Positions 11,239-24,983 are shown, counted from the first letter of the stretch. The stretch is 64,000 bases of DNA from Balamuthia mandrillaris (GCA_031835245.2 JAVKOQ020000106.1:62001-126000), one strand, 5' to 3'. Program-made: numbers and translations. The notes: generated from the sequence alone by a model not told the origin.

Positions 11239-12692
11239 TACGCAGCCCACGGAACCATGTCCAACCAATCCAAAAAGAGCTCACGGGCAGGTTGCAACCG
11301 CTCCATGTGGCGGATCGGTTCAAAACACCATGTCAAGGCCAAGGGGGACAATACCATTGCAACGTTGCTGGCGCTCATCCGGTTCTGGTCCTGCTTGCTC
11401 ACAACGGCGCGGCCCAGTTGCAAGATTTCTTTCAGCCAGGTCCTACTCCGGTCGTCCAATTGGCTCCATACCTCTGCGGGGTCCAAGTCCAAGTCCTCAG
11501 GGTTCTTCCTTGCGGCGATCCAAACGCTCTCAGGGATGATACCTTCCTCGAATGCCTTGCGGTATTTGCTTAGGATGAATCCGGTGATGTCGTGGACGTC
11601 CTCTTTGCTCCATTTGATGGTTCGTTTCCGAGCGTCCATGGCGAGCAGTTGGTTTATCCGTATCTTTCTTCCTGATAGTCGCAAGATTCCTTCGGTTTTT
11701 AGCACGTCCGTCTGCTGGAGGACACCCAGAGCGGCCGCAACGTTCCTTGGCAACGCTGATTCCACTTGGTTCTGTCTCAGGCGGCGGTTGCGCTTTCCGC
11801 GGAGGGGATTGGGCAAGACCCTCCTGGCTTCCTTAATAGCCCAGCTCCAACCGCAGCCTTTGGTGGACCTCTGGGCCTGCTGATTTATCTTCATCTTGGG
11901 TGGCTCAGAGGATGGTAGCGTTTGAGGCTGTGGTGGTTGCGGTGTAAGGGGAACATCTGACTGCTTGGGCTGCTGATGGAGTTCGGCGGAACTGGCGAGA
12001 GGCATGACTTGTGGTAGATGGTTCCTTGGCTTTTGGGCATCCCCAACGTCATCTTCGGGGGCGCATTCACGGTGGGCAGGCTCCTCATGCTGCTGCGGTG
12101 ACAGGGGGGTGGGGTCCAGCCTGAGGCACTGTTGCTGCTTCTGCTGGATGGCATCGATGGGTATCTTGAATCGCTGCAGATCATAATCGGAGGGCTGATC
12201 AGCTTGGATGACGTCCGTTCGGCTGAGGTCATTGCACGCTTCGAGATCGTGGGGAAGGATCGTGGACGCGTCGGCGGCAACTTCCGGCTTGCTTTCGGGC
12301 AGGGTCATCTTCTGGTCGTCCAAAACGGCGGCGGGCTTGGCAAGTTCCACGTCCAAAGGGGCAGGGGGCGTGGCATTGTCCAAGCTCGCTTTCTTCATGG
12401 TCCAGTGCTTGTGGTCTGCCAGTTCCAAAAGGGCGGCGACGGCGGTGACTTCCAAGGTCTCGGTAGCAACTTCCATGTCCAAAGGGGCGGCAGAGGGCTG
12501 TTCGTTGGGGATGGGGTCTGGTTTACCGGCGGCGGGGGCGGGGGCGGCGACGGCAGCAACTGGAAGGGCGGCAGCTCTGGGGCGGTGCGGGGCTGGCAGC
12601 TCTGGTTCCTGGCGGCTCATGGCTTCCCAAAAGGCAACCTTCGCCTTGACGGATCCAACCTGAAAGAGTGAAGGAGAGTGGGAGAAGTTCAT
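11238..12692 (-). CDS. Intronless RhoGAP-domain protein (Pro/Ala/Gln-rich N-terminus, C-terminal divergent RhoGAP)
   Basis: ATG after poly-A at 12692; TEGILRLSG (arginine finger), DVHDITG, NRMSASNVAMVLSP match the RhoGAP consensus. Confidence 0.8.
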
Positions 12693-13606
12693 TTTTTTTT
12701 TTGTTCGTTTTGTGGTTTCTTTGAGTGTTTTGTTTGTTAAAAGAATTAGCAAAGAGTCAAAAAACTTTGAATGAAGGGATAAGGGAGTGTCCGTGAAACG
12801 GGTTTTAAAGAATATCAGCGCTGGTAAGAGTGATAACAGTTGTGTGAGGGGAGGGTCACAGTGTGAGTAGAACTCGATGTGTGTATCGTTTCTAGTTGAA
12901 ACTACAAAATAAAAAAAATATCGTTTTGGCGCACTTCAAACCGAGCGAAGAGGCGTCAAGCAGTAACGGTCAGTTTTCTTTCCAAATAGCATCTGTTTCA
13001 CCAACCGCCATCCCGCCTGGAAGCTTCATTGGTCCGGCCCATCCGCCCTCAACTCCATTCTGCCCCGCTCTCCTTTTTTATTCCTCTTTATCCGCGGGCA
13101 CGACATCTCGTTCGGATGGGGCCTCTCGCATTGGTGGGGGAAAATTCGAACGGGGGAAAGAGCTGGTAAAAAAGGTGAACAATAGTTCCGCTCCGATCCA
13201 AACTCCCGCACCAAACAAAAAGCGGTGCTCGTTTAAAGTTCACGGATCCCTTTTTATTTTTTTTAATTGGAGAAGAAAATTCGAATGAAACTTTACGATT
13301 GTTCATTGGGGAAGAAAATTCACCCAAGATCGATCAAAGTTCACCGAAACATCTGATTTGTTATTGGAGAAGGAGTGGAATGACGTGGCACAACGAGCAA
13401 AAGCTTTTTTGATTTGGATTTTTTTTTGATTTGGGATTGGTTGCGTCTCGGTAAATTATTTTTAGAGGAAATTTTTCATTTTCAGGGAGAGAAGACCTTC
13501 CCACAGGCTGAGCTGTGTGCTTGTTGTTGTCTAGCTGAGACCTTCAACCAGCTCAAGTGGTTGGAAGTAGTACTAGCGCCACTGCCACACAGCACTGCAG
13601 GAGCAA

Positions 13607-15985
13607 ATGATGCAGCAACAAACACCCAAACGAGCGAGGCACGAGAGGGAGAGCGAAGCGGAAGGAGAGGGGGAGGAGGCCTCTCGCTTCTCGGACCCAC
13701 ACTACGTCGTTCGTGTGAACGGCGTTCCCTTTCGGGTGCCCCTCAAGGCGGAGGCCCGCGTGCAGGCCTACCAGCGACAGCAACGCCTTGCCCAGAAGCG
13801 TAGGGACGGGGAGCAGCGCTTGCTGGCCGCCCTCAAGGCCTTGCTTCCCAAAGGACCCGTTCGCTCCGACCGCCCTTCATGGCGCACTTGCCAGATCTCG
13901 GCAAAAATCGACCTCGGCAAGCTGGCCTACGAGGCCGACGTGGAAGAGCTCCTCCAATTCCTGGCTGAGAAGCCCAAGGAGCTTGCTGTGGAACAGCTGC
14001 GCGATGCGGATGACAATGACGTTACCTCTTTGGTAGCTTTGTATGGCTCAGTAAGGGCTTTGAGGCTGCTTCCCTTCAACTACTCCAACGTCGGAAAGGC
14101 CTTTGAGTTTGCCAAACTGGCAGGACATCAGGACTGCCTTCAGTACATCGGAGAAAGGGTGCAATCGGAGAGGTTAACTTGGTACCTTCGCGAACAGGAT
14201 TTGGAGGAGGTCACCAAGACGAAGACTTCAAGAGGCCCCGTCCCGAAGCTCAGGAAGGCTTGCGCGGCCGTTCTTGCTCACGAGCTTAGTGTTGATGTGG
14301 CCAACAACACTTCCTCTCCTTCGTCTTTTTGGTCGGCGGTCGTGAAGTCGGCCAGCGACGAAGCGTTGGAACACATCCTCTCCTCCGTTTGCAACCATCT
14401 TCCTTTGCCTCGACGTGGAGCGGTGCTCATGCACCTTTTCGCTCACCACAACAACCAACAGTTGGCCTCGTTCCTCTCCTCGGAAGCAAAAGTGGAAGTC
14501 CTCCTGGCCTGCGACAAGTACTGGAGGGATTTATCTTTCGCTGCCAACCGTCGTAGCTTTGGACTGAACTTTTCTCCAGACCAACACACTCCTGGTGATG
14601 TGTTCTCCATCTTCGAAACGCCAGCAGAGATGTGGAGGATTGAACCCGAAGACGCCTTTGAACGGCAGCACAAGATCTTCCGTGACGCCAACGCCATTAT
14701 CAAGATGAAAGCTGCCGAAGACGAAAAGACCGGGCAAAGAACAGCATCAGTGGTAACCTGTAGGGAGACATTTCGCAAGAAGATGGAGGTGTTCTCCCAA
14801 GGCCAGCTGAAAGGACTGAACTGGGACAACCTTCTCGTCTTGGGTGGCGCGGTCGTAGCCTGCTTGCTTTCTTCTCCTTTCGACGAAGCGGACCCAGCAC
14901 ACCTCAACCAATACTTTGTGGATACATTTGGGGAGGGATCCGACATAGACCTGTGTATTTATGGCATAGAGGATTCAACTGCCATCGTCAATAAGGTGGT
15001 GGAAATCTACACCACCATCGTTAAAGCTATCCCCGATGTGCCTGTCACCACCATTTCAACAAGAGAGAGCATTACGTTCCTTCGCCATCATCCATATCGC
15101 CCCATCCAGGTCATGGGCGCCTTCCATTCCGTTGCCGAAGTGCTGCACGGCATTGACTTGGATTGCACATGCGTGTCTTTTGATGGAAAAGATGTGTGGG
15201 CCTTGCCACGGGCTTGGATGGCCTTCAACCATCGTTGGAACTTAACACATGGTACGCGTGCCATCTACGGAGTGCGAGGATGCCCACACTACGAGCAGAG
15301 GTTGGTGAAGTATGCGAAGAAGCGAGGTTTTGCAGTTGTGGATCGTGATTTGGTGAGAGATGAAGAAGGTAACATCCTCCAACCTGCCTCTTCCAAAACG
15401 AGGAATGTGGAAGTTCTTCTAGCAGAACCAGACTACGCCACAAAATTCAGCTGGATGTATTCGGGAGATGACTTGGGAGAGGACTGCTACCCAGCGGTCG
15501 GATTGAAATTGCTTCTTCTCTGTGAACGTTATCCTCGTGTGGCGACGACATTGCTCTCCCTCAAACCAACCGATAGCATTCCCTATGGCAAGGATTGGCC
15601 TGCCGAAAAGGTGATTGAACATCTCAAAGTTCATGCCCGTTCTCGTTGGGAAGAACCTAGCAAAGAGGATGAATGGAAGGCAGAGTTCAACCACTTCGAT
15701 GGTTACACGCGATGGCACGCCCCACCGGAATTGATTCATCACACTGGCAAACTACCTCTTTCTGGCGACGATACGGGGAAGGAAACAACTCAAGAAGTGC
15801 AAGCAGAGGAACAAGTCGATGTTATCCGTCGAAGCGCGAAGGAGTTACGATTGGTGGCTAACCATCAGCCTTTCTTGGTGCCGCATTGGTTATTGGGTAT
15901 CTTGGATGCTTCTGATCTTCCCAAAACGCGTGACGACGAAGAGGAAGATGATGAAGACGAGGATGAAGGGAATGAAGAGAACTAG
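13607..15985 (+). CDS. Intronless 792-aa protein with ankyrin-like N-terminal segment and Pol-beta-fold nucleotidyltransferase-like domain
   Basis: LVLGGAVVACL...GSDIDLCIYG (GG..DxD motif), IDLDCTCVSFDG, YEQRLVKYAKKRGF; weak ankyrin-like AFEFAKLAGHQDCLQYI. Confidence 0.7.
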   Translation: MMQQQTPKRARHERESEAEGEGEEASRFSDPHYVVRVNGVPFRVPLKAEARVQAYQRQQRLAQKRRDGEQRLLAALKALLPKGPVRSDRPSWRTCQISAKIDLGKLAYEADVEELLQFLAEKPKELAVEQLRDADDNDVTSLVALYGSVRALRLLPFNYSNVGKAFEFAKLAGHQDCLQYIGERVQSERLTWYLREQDLEEVTKTKTSRGPVPKLRKACAAVLAHELSVDVANNTSSPSSFWSAVVKSASDEALEHILSSVCNHLPLPRRGAVLMHLFAHHNNQQLASFLSSEAKVEVLLACDKYWRDLSFAANRRSFGLNFSPDQHTPGDVFSIFETPAEMWRIEPEDAFERQHKIFRDANAIIKMKAAEDEKTGQRTASVVTCRETFRKKMEVFSQGQLKGLNWDNLLVLGGAVVACLLSSPFDEADPAHLNQYFVDTFGEGSDIDLCIYGIEDSTAIVNKVVEIYTTIVKAIPDVPVTTISTRESITFLRHHPYRPIQVMGAFHSVAEVLHGIDLDCTCVSFDGKDVWALPRAWMAFNHRWNLTHGTRAIYGVRGCPHYEQRLVKYAKKRGFAVVDRDLVRDEEGNILQPASSKTRNVEVLLAEPDYATKFSWMYSGDDLGEDCYPAVGLKLLLLCERYPRVATTLLSLKPTDSIPYGKDWPAEKVIEHLKVHARSRWEEPSKEDEWKAEFNHFDGYTRWHAPPELIHHTGKLPLSGDDTGKETTQEVQAEEQVDVIRRSAKELRLVANHQPFLVPHWLLGILDASDLPKTRDDEEEDDEDEDEGNEEN

Positions 15986-16292
15986 CTTGTTTTATTAAAA
16001 TAACTTTTCTTTAACTTCATTCATTCAACATTCTAAAGAAGCGGAATTTTTGTTGCATGAACAGACAAGCGTGAATGGAACCATCATTGTCACCGAGCCC
16101 TGTCCTTGCCTCTGTTCTTGCCACACTTCCTCCTTTCTTGAACACCACACCTGTTTATCGATAGGCTGGTTAAATGAATTAATTCAACTGCTCCACAAGG
16201 GCAACGCCACGTGTTTCTCGTTTTTATTCAACAAGAAGCCAAACCAGGTTCCCTGCGTAATGTATAACATGCAGCTGAACAACTCCAAAACG

Positions 16293-18649
<2,357 letters not shown>

Positions 18650-18665
18650 AAGGAGTGAGTTGGTT

Positions 18666-19842
18666 TTATTGTTGCAAGAAGATGTTTGAAAGAAAACCAC
18701 TTACGATAGGAGCCATCTCCTCCGCGTTGTCCAAATGAGGGTGATGACTGCCATCGATGGTCACCTCTTCCACCAACAACTTCTTGAAGCGAAGATACTC
18801 TGCTCTTTGCTTCACCGCTTTTGTCATTAAGTTATTCTCATCGTTGAGTATTCCGTCCTTTCCCCAAACCACCAACAGCGGAGCGCGCATGTGGCCCATT
18901 ATCTGGAAAAAATGCTCCTCGGAGAGGGACAAGTGGGCAGCGCAGCGGAGCTTGATATCGTGTGTGAACTGTACCCCTCCTTCCACCTGTGTTGTCGAAC
19001 GACGAACCAACGTCTCCACAGAGGATTGCTTCGTGCCAGGCAGGTTGGAAGCCAACCTCGCCACAGCCGCCTCAAAACTGGGGTACACGTTGGGGCCTTC
19101 TTTCTCAAAGAGCACTCGGTTGGTTTGCATGGCCTTGCGAAAGGAGGAGACCCATTCCTCCGTGGAGCGAAGCCAAGGCCCGATGCCCTCCACCAAGATG
19201 GCGGCGGAGACGCGTTCCGGGAAGAGGCCCGCAATAATAGTGGAGAGGGCTTCGCCCATGCTGTGGCCCAGCAGGCAAAACTTGTCCCATTTCAACTCGT
19301 CGTCTGTGTTGGTTTTTTTTGCGATGGAGAGAAGATATGAGAAAAACAAAGAAAGAAGAAAGAAGAAAGAAGAAAGAAGAAAGAGAATAAAAAACCCACC
19401 AACAACGCTCATAATATCAGGAATGTGGTCGATGAGAGGATACAAGGCGCGGTCGGGGCGGTGCTGGGAGCGTCCGTGTCCGACCAAGTCCAAACAAACG
19501 ACCTGCATGGGAGGTACTAGTACGTTCTCCTTGGAAACGGAGTCCGACGAGGCAGGATGAAAGAGAAGCGGCAGCAGATGGTCCCAAGTGTTGGCGTTGT
19601 CCATCCAGCCGTGCAGAGCTAACACTTTGAGCTTCGCATCAGAAGAGCCCCAAACCTTTTCTTTTGAGGAAGATTATACTTTTTTGTTAACGAAAAACAA
19701 AAAAATGGTTGTGAGAATCCAAAAAAAATTAGAGAACCTTTGCAGCGAGTTGAAGGTTAGAATAGTGAGAACGGAACACGGCTTCGACAGGAGCGATGGA
19801 GCCCTGCCCGTCCGACGAAGACGAGAAACCTTTCTCCTCCAT
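18666..19842 (-). CDS. Alpha/beta hydrolase, serine hydrolase-like (SERHL family)
   Basis: ALHGWMDNANTW, LDLVGHGRS, GHSMG nucleophile elbow, GSHHPHL. Confidence 0.85.
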
Positions 19843-19879
19843 CACTTTCTTTTCTTTTTTTCCGGGGAGGTATGCAAAC

Positions 19880-19887
19880 TGACGTCA
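19880..19887. promoter_or_regulatory. CRE/bZIP-type palindrome TGACGTCA in a divergent promoter
   Basis: Perfect TGACGTCA about 40 bp upstream of the hydrolase ATG; another at 42811-42818 upstream of arginine deiminase; near-matches at 13381, 19913, 57950. Confidence 0.35.
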
Positions 19888-20183
19888 GCTTTGCGGAATG
19901 TGATTACGTTAATGATGTCATCCAGGAATGAAAAGCATGCAAACAATGTTGTCATTTGAAGTATTTAAATAATCAAAGGAATGTCGTGTATGTGAACAAT
20001 GCAACGGAATTCCGATCGGAAAAATGACTGAAAATCGGAAGAAAATCGAACAAAGAGAGAAAGAAAGAAGCCATGCGCGGCCAAGACGAACTCTCTCCTC
20101 CCCTCAAAGCTCTTCCTCTCCTCCTTGCTTGGTCAGAGAGAAGAGGAAGACCCTCCTTTTTTTTTTGACAGTGGCGGGGAAAA

Positions 20184-22907
20184 ATGTACTTCTCTTTTTC
20201 TTCTCCATCACCTAAAAACGGTCATCATCCGTTCCAACGGACTGCAGCAGCAGCGCGCAACGACAACGACGACCTTCCTTCCGCGGACGACGTCGTGACG
20301 AACGACTTTGCTGTAGCAGCACTCGCCTTGGTGAACGGTCTGAACTTCTTTCTGTCGGTTTGCAAGCAAATAGACAACAGCTCCCCTCAGCTTCTCCTTC
20401 TTCTTCCTTCCACGCTTTCACTTTCCGCTGTCAACGTGGAAGCAGAAGAAGAAGAGAACAACACAGCAAACGACAAACGAGAGAAGAGGAAGAGGAAGAA
20501 GAGGAGAAAGGGGAAGAAAAAGTACGTTTACAAGAGCACCAAAACCACCTCCACTTCAACCACCACCACCACAACAGAAGAAGAAGAAAGAGATACATAT
20601 TCCCTACGGGTTCGCTCTCGTTGCAGTTATTGTTGGGGCGAAGGGCGGAGCCAGTTGGTCGTCGAACGGGAACAGGAAATACACCTCAAGAGAGACACTT
20701 CTCGCGTCAGTAGAAGAAGGAGGAGGAGGAAGAAGCAGCAAAAGAAGCGGAGAACAAACGAAGCCGAAGAAGAAGCAACTCGCCGGGAGAAGCAGCACCA
20801 GAGAAGCCGAAGGAGAAGAGAAAGAGGAAAACAACACAATCAGAGAACGCAAGGAAGAGAGGAAGAGGCAGAGGAGAAGCGAGAAACGACAATGGAGCTA
20901 CCAACAGGCGTGCAACAGCAACAAGAAAGAGATAGAGCCAAAGCTCAACGGTTGTTGACGCCACTTCGAAACGAGCAGCAAAAACAACCATCACAACAGA
21001 CAACGAAGGAAGAAAAGGCAGAAACGGGAGAAGTGGCAGTCAAACCGAAAGAACAAGAAGAGAAAAGAAAAGGAAAAGAACAACAAGAGGAATCGCCATC
21101 AGAAAGAGAGATGGAAGAAGCGAAAGGAAAAGGACAAGAAGAAAGAGTAAAGAAATCAAGAGAGCAAGGAGAACCAGAACAAAGAGAAGACAAAGAACGA
21201 CAAGAAGAATCTTCTACAGAAAGAGTAAAACAAAAAGAAGCAAAAGAAAAAGAAAAGGAAATGGGAGAAACCGAGAAAGCGGGACAACACAAAGAAGAAG
21301 AAAGAGAACATCTTCGAATGATGACCGAAGAAGCGGAGAGAAAAGAAGGAGAAGAAAACAAGAAAAAGATAGAATGGTTGGAAAGGGAGAACGCAAAGTT
21401 ACATGATGAAGTGAAACGAATGAAACGAGAGAAAGAGAGCAGATTGTTGGATTTGGAGAACATGCAACTGGACTGTGAACGAATGGAAGAAGAGTTGCAA
21501 GAAGCCAAAAAACATTCTTCCACAGTAACAAAAAGAAGCGTCGAAGAAGCAGAAGGAGAAAGAGAACGTCATAAGAAGCAGAAACATTTGGAGAGAAAAC
21601 GTGAAGAAGCAGAGAAAGAGAAAGAACGAGATTTGCAGAAGAGAAAAGTGGACGCCCTGTTGGAAGAAAATCAAAGGTTGGCGCATGAGCTTCGAACCTG
21701 GAACGAACTTCGACAACAAAAACAACACCTTCATCAACCACAAAAACCGACGGAACAAGAAAAAGAAAGAGAAAGCGAACAGCTTCCTACAACACAAGGC
21801 GAACGTAACCTGATCATGTTGTTGCAAAGAGAAATCGAAGCGATGAAAGCAGAAATGCGAAACGTTGCAAGAGAGCTATCAGCAATCGAACTAGACAAAG
21901 CGGTTAGCTCGAAGGAACTAGCAACAAAGCTACGAGTGAAGGAGCAAGAAATGGAGAGACGAGACAAAGCGGCGAGAGAAGAGCTTGGTTTGCTCAAAAC
22001 GGGAATGATTCATGCCCAAAACTTGTTGAACAGTTATGAACGCTTGAGAGAGAAAGAGTTTCGTTTGTTGACGGACGAATTGGAAAAGACGAGAGAAGAA
22101 GTTCGATTGAAGGAAAGATGGATCAGAGAATTCTTCTTCGCCGCTCGTTCGCAATTGTTGTTTGAAAGCAAGAAAGACAAAGATAAAGAAGGAGAAGAAG
22201 CTGAAGGAGAAACAAGTGAGTTACAATTGCTGAAACGATGGAAACGGTTTAACGAGACAAAGATGAGCGAGATGGAAGGAACGTTGGATAGAGAACGACG
22301 ATTGAGAATTGAAGCGGAAGAAGGCAAAGAGGGAGCCTTGCAACTTCAAGAAGAACGTTTTCGAGAAGTTCTTCAAGAGAAAGAAGCGTTGATCGATGTC
22401 CTTCGAAGGCAAAACGACGAGTTCATGAATGCATGGCCACAACATTGCACTCAACTGAAAATAACTGGAGAAGTTGGAAAAGAAGGAGAAGGAGAAGAGG
22501 ATATAACAGGAGAAACAACCACGAAGAAAATGGAAGCAGAAAGACTGAAAGCAGCAGAGAGGAGGGTAAAAGAATTGACGAAAGCGCTTCAACAGAGAGA
22601 CAGGACAATCCAGTTATTGCGTGAATGTATTCGAGAGTTTGAACAAAGAGGCATCATCGAAGAACAAGGAGAAGAAATCGAAGCAGGGCAGTTAATGGAA
22701 GAAGTAGAAGAAGAACCAACAGAAGAAATGGAAGCAACAGAAGAAATACTCGGAACAGAAAATATGATGATGATAGCGGCGGGAGAAAAAGAAAGAGAAG
22801 GAAGCACCAAGTTCGTGGTGCTGGTACTGATTGTTGCCTGTTTGGCGGCTATGATCTCCTCCACCTATTCTCCTTCGTTTCCCTCTATACGCGAGTTGCT
22901 TTGGTAA
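20184..22907 (+). CDS. Long intronless Glu/Lys/Arg-rich coiled-coil protein with C-terminal TM helix (tail-anchored); true start uncertain
   Basis: 907-aa ORF, heptad-like charged sequence, terminal FVVLVLIVACLAAMIS plus short tail. Confidence 0.7.
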   Translation: MYFSFSSPSPKNGHHPFQRTAAAARNDNDDLPSADDVVTNDFAVAALALVNGLNFFLSVCKQIDNSSPQLLLLLPSTLSLSAVNVEAEEEENNTANDKREKRKRKKRRKGKKKYVYKSTKTTSTSTTTTTTEEEERDTYSLRVRSRCSYCWGEGRSQLVVEREQEIHLKRDTSRVSRRRRRRKKQQKKRRTNEAEEEATRREKQHQRSRRRRERGKQHNQRTQGREEEAEEKRETTMELPTGVQQQQERDRAKAQRLLTPLRNEQQKQPSQQTTKEEKAETGEVAVKPKEQEEKRKGKEQQEESPSEREMEEAKGKGQEERVKKSREQGEPEQREDKERQEESSTERVKQKEAKEKEKEMGETEKAGQHKEEEREHLRMMTEEAERKEGEENKKKIEWLERENAKLHDEVKRMKREKESRLLDLENMQLDCERMEEELQEAKKHSSTVTKRSVEEAEGERERHKKQKHLERKREEAEKEKERDLQKRKVDALLEENQRLAHELRTWNELRQQKQHLHQPQKPTEQEKERESEQLPTTQGERNLIMLLQREIEAMKAEMRNVARELSAIELDKAVSSKELATKLRVKEQEMERRDKAAREELGLLKTGMIHAQNLLNSYERLREKEFRLLTDELEKTREEVRLKERWIREFFFAARSQLLFESKKDKDKEGEEAEGETSELQLLKRWKRFNETKMSEMEGTLDRERRLRIEAEEGKEGALQLQEERFREVLQEKEALIDVLRRQNDEFMNAWPQHCTQLKITGEVGKEGEGEEDITGETTTKKMEAERLKAAERRVKELTKALQQRDRTIQLLRECIREFEQRGIIEEQGEEIEAGQLMEEVEEEPTEEMEATEEILGTENMMMIAAGEKEREGSTKFVVLVLIVACLAAMISSTYSPSFPSIRELLW

Positions 22908-23016
22908 ATAGTCGCTCTCTTCCTTTTATCACACGTGGATATTCATACTTCATCACAATAGAACATTTGCTTTAACTTGAGTTATTCCTCAGCATTGATG
23001 TTTTGGCGTTCCTAAT

Positions 23017-23058
23017 CGGAATGTAGAGCTTCTTCGCTGCGTCCAATCCCACACAGTC
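23017..23058 (-). pseudogene. Degenerate remnant of a lipase last exon
   Basis: DCVGLDAAKKLYIP after an AG versus DFVWGLDAAKRLYIP in the intact lipase last exon (27174-27067). Confidence 0.7.
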
Positions 23059-23516
23059 TTTGAAAATGAACTCTTGTGAGAAATGACAAGAAAAGAGGAA
23101 GAAGCAGAAGAAGAAGAAGGAGATCGCAAATTCATGAAGCAACCCGTTCCTGCTGAGAGAAGGCAAGTGCTCACAGAGAAGAATCCTGTCGGATCCCACT
23201 TTACGCATCAAAGTCTTTGAGGCTCACGCAACAGTAAGCAACGCTCTCCGGTGTGAACTGTAGGCGATTCTGTGTGGTGAACATAAGCTACAGGAGGAAG
23301 GAAAGAGAGTGAAACAAGGAAAGCCAACAGGATGGTTTTTGTTGACAGAAGGAGACCCCACTGGTCGCTATGTCGGGTTTGACCACGACAAACTTTTAAT
23401 GATTCTTGGAAATATTTCGGACGGAAACGCTTTATAGCAGAGCACACAGTGGAACAAGTCCTTTCTTTTCTTCTTTGCTTTGGCACGCTTCCGCTTTCGG
23501 TAACAACAAAACGAAA

Positions 23517-24604
23517 ATGGGGAGGAGAAGGCAAAAGAGCAAGCAAACAACAAGATACCACGTCTTTATCTACAAGGTGCTGAAGAAGGTCCATCCCGAT
23601 ATCGCCATCATCAACAGAGCTATGAGCATCATGGACTCCTTCGTGAGGGACATAGCCTACCGGGTCTTGCAGGAGGTCACCACGCTGTTGGAGCACACCG
23701 GCAAGAACACCATCTCCTCCCGCGAGATCCAAACGGCGGTAAGGCTCATTCTGCCTGGCGACCTGGCCCGACACGCTGTTTCTGAAGGTACCTCTTTGTG
23801 TTATGTATTTTATTTTTTTGTTGTCTTTTTTTAATGTTGCAGTAACGAACAACAACAAAAAGGAACCAAAGCCGTAACCAAGTTCCAATCTACGCTTCGC
23901 TCGGATGGTGGCAGCTCCTACAGCCCAGCGAAGCAATGGCAGCTATTCTCTTCGAGCTGGGTGAAAAAACTCCCTCTTCTCTCCTACCTAGCTCTGAACT
24001 TTTTGGCTTCCTTTCTATTCGTGTGTTGTTTTGAAAACCAACCCACCTAACCCAAAACATAGACTACAATTCCCGGTGAGCAGGGTGCGTTCCTGGCTGC
24101 AGGCATGCTCCAGCGCTAGAATCGGTTCGTTTGTGCTTCTGCTTTCTCTCTTGGAGTTCTTGTTCTTCTTTTTGTAAACGCGTGCGCAAATAACAGGTAA
24201 AGGGGCTCCAGTTTATTTGGCTGCAGTGCTGGAGTATGTGTGCGCCGAGGTTTTGGGTATGTTTTTGGTTTCATATATCTACTTCTCTCTCATGTTCTCC
24301 ATCAAATAGAACTCGCTGGCAATGCTGCAAGAGACAACAACAGAGTGAGCATCATTCCTCGACATATTATGCTTGGTATTTGTCATGTCTTGCTTTCGCT
24401 TCTTTCTTCAATCTTCTTACTTTTTATTCTAGCCCCTTCTTTCTATCCTCTTCTTCATCTCACTCCCTTTCGTAAGCAATTCGCAACGATGAGGACCTGA
24501 ACAAACTCTGTAGATATGTGATCATTCCCGATGCTGGGGTCCCTCCAGAGATTCATGCTGCCCTGTTACCTTGTGGCGGCGCATTCGACACCGATGAACA
24601 TTAA
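23517..24604 (+). pseudogene. H2B-H2A fusion histone, copy 1 (frameshift in linker as assembled; pseudogene or assembly indel)
   Basis: Exons 23517-23787, 23863-23960, 24063-24124, 24197-24256, 24310-24375, 24477-24604. H2[12 protein letters not shown]...[32 protein letters not shown]2A: SLRAG/LQFPVSRV...GAPVYLAAVLEYVCAEVL/ELAGNAARDN..IIPRHIML/AIRNDEDLNKL. Confidence 0.85.
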
Positions 24605-24737
24605 CCTATCATGAATTACCCAAACAAGAACAAGTGAAGCACGTCTGCATGTGTGCTGTACACAATCACTTTACCATTGTTGTTATAGTAAACTCCTTCC
24701 CCTTTATTCTTCTTAACCATCTGTACCTGCTTAGAAG

Positions 24738-24983
24738 TAGGTTGGAAGGAGGAAGACAAATAGAACAGACAGAGAAAAAAAAAAGAAAACGAACAAAACC
24801 AAAGCTTAGGCAGCAGTCAAGGAGATAGAGACCGAAAGAACAGAAAAAGATAAGGACGCTGACGATATCCCTCAGGCCAGAAAAGATGAATGATGGAAGG
24901 CTGAACTTTGTCAAATCTTAAGTCGGAGGATTCTGTTGAGTAATAAAAAGTGAGAAAACGTTTAAACAAAAAACAAAGGCTAA
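24738..24983 (-). pseudogene. Duplicated lipase exon plus flanking intron sequence
   Basis: Highly similar to 27339-27599, including the exon NPPTYDLTKFSPPSFIFSGLKDT; here the Tyr codon reads as a stop (ACT TAA GAT). Confidence 0.85.

Noticed and set aside
13200..13235. Helitron-type 3' hairpin (GCACC...GGTGC) at the island edge
   Set aside because: Only a 5-bp stem, no following CTRR terminus and no Rep/helicase remnants.
22810..22907. KASH domain at the end of the coiled-coil protein
   Set aside because: Tail ends RELLW, lacking the PPPX-type terminus.
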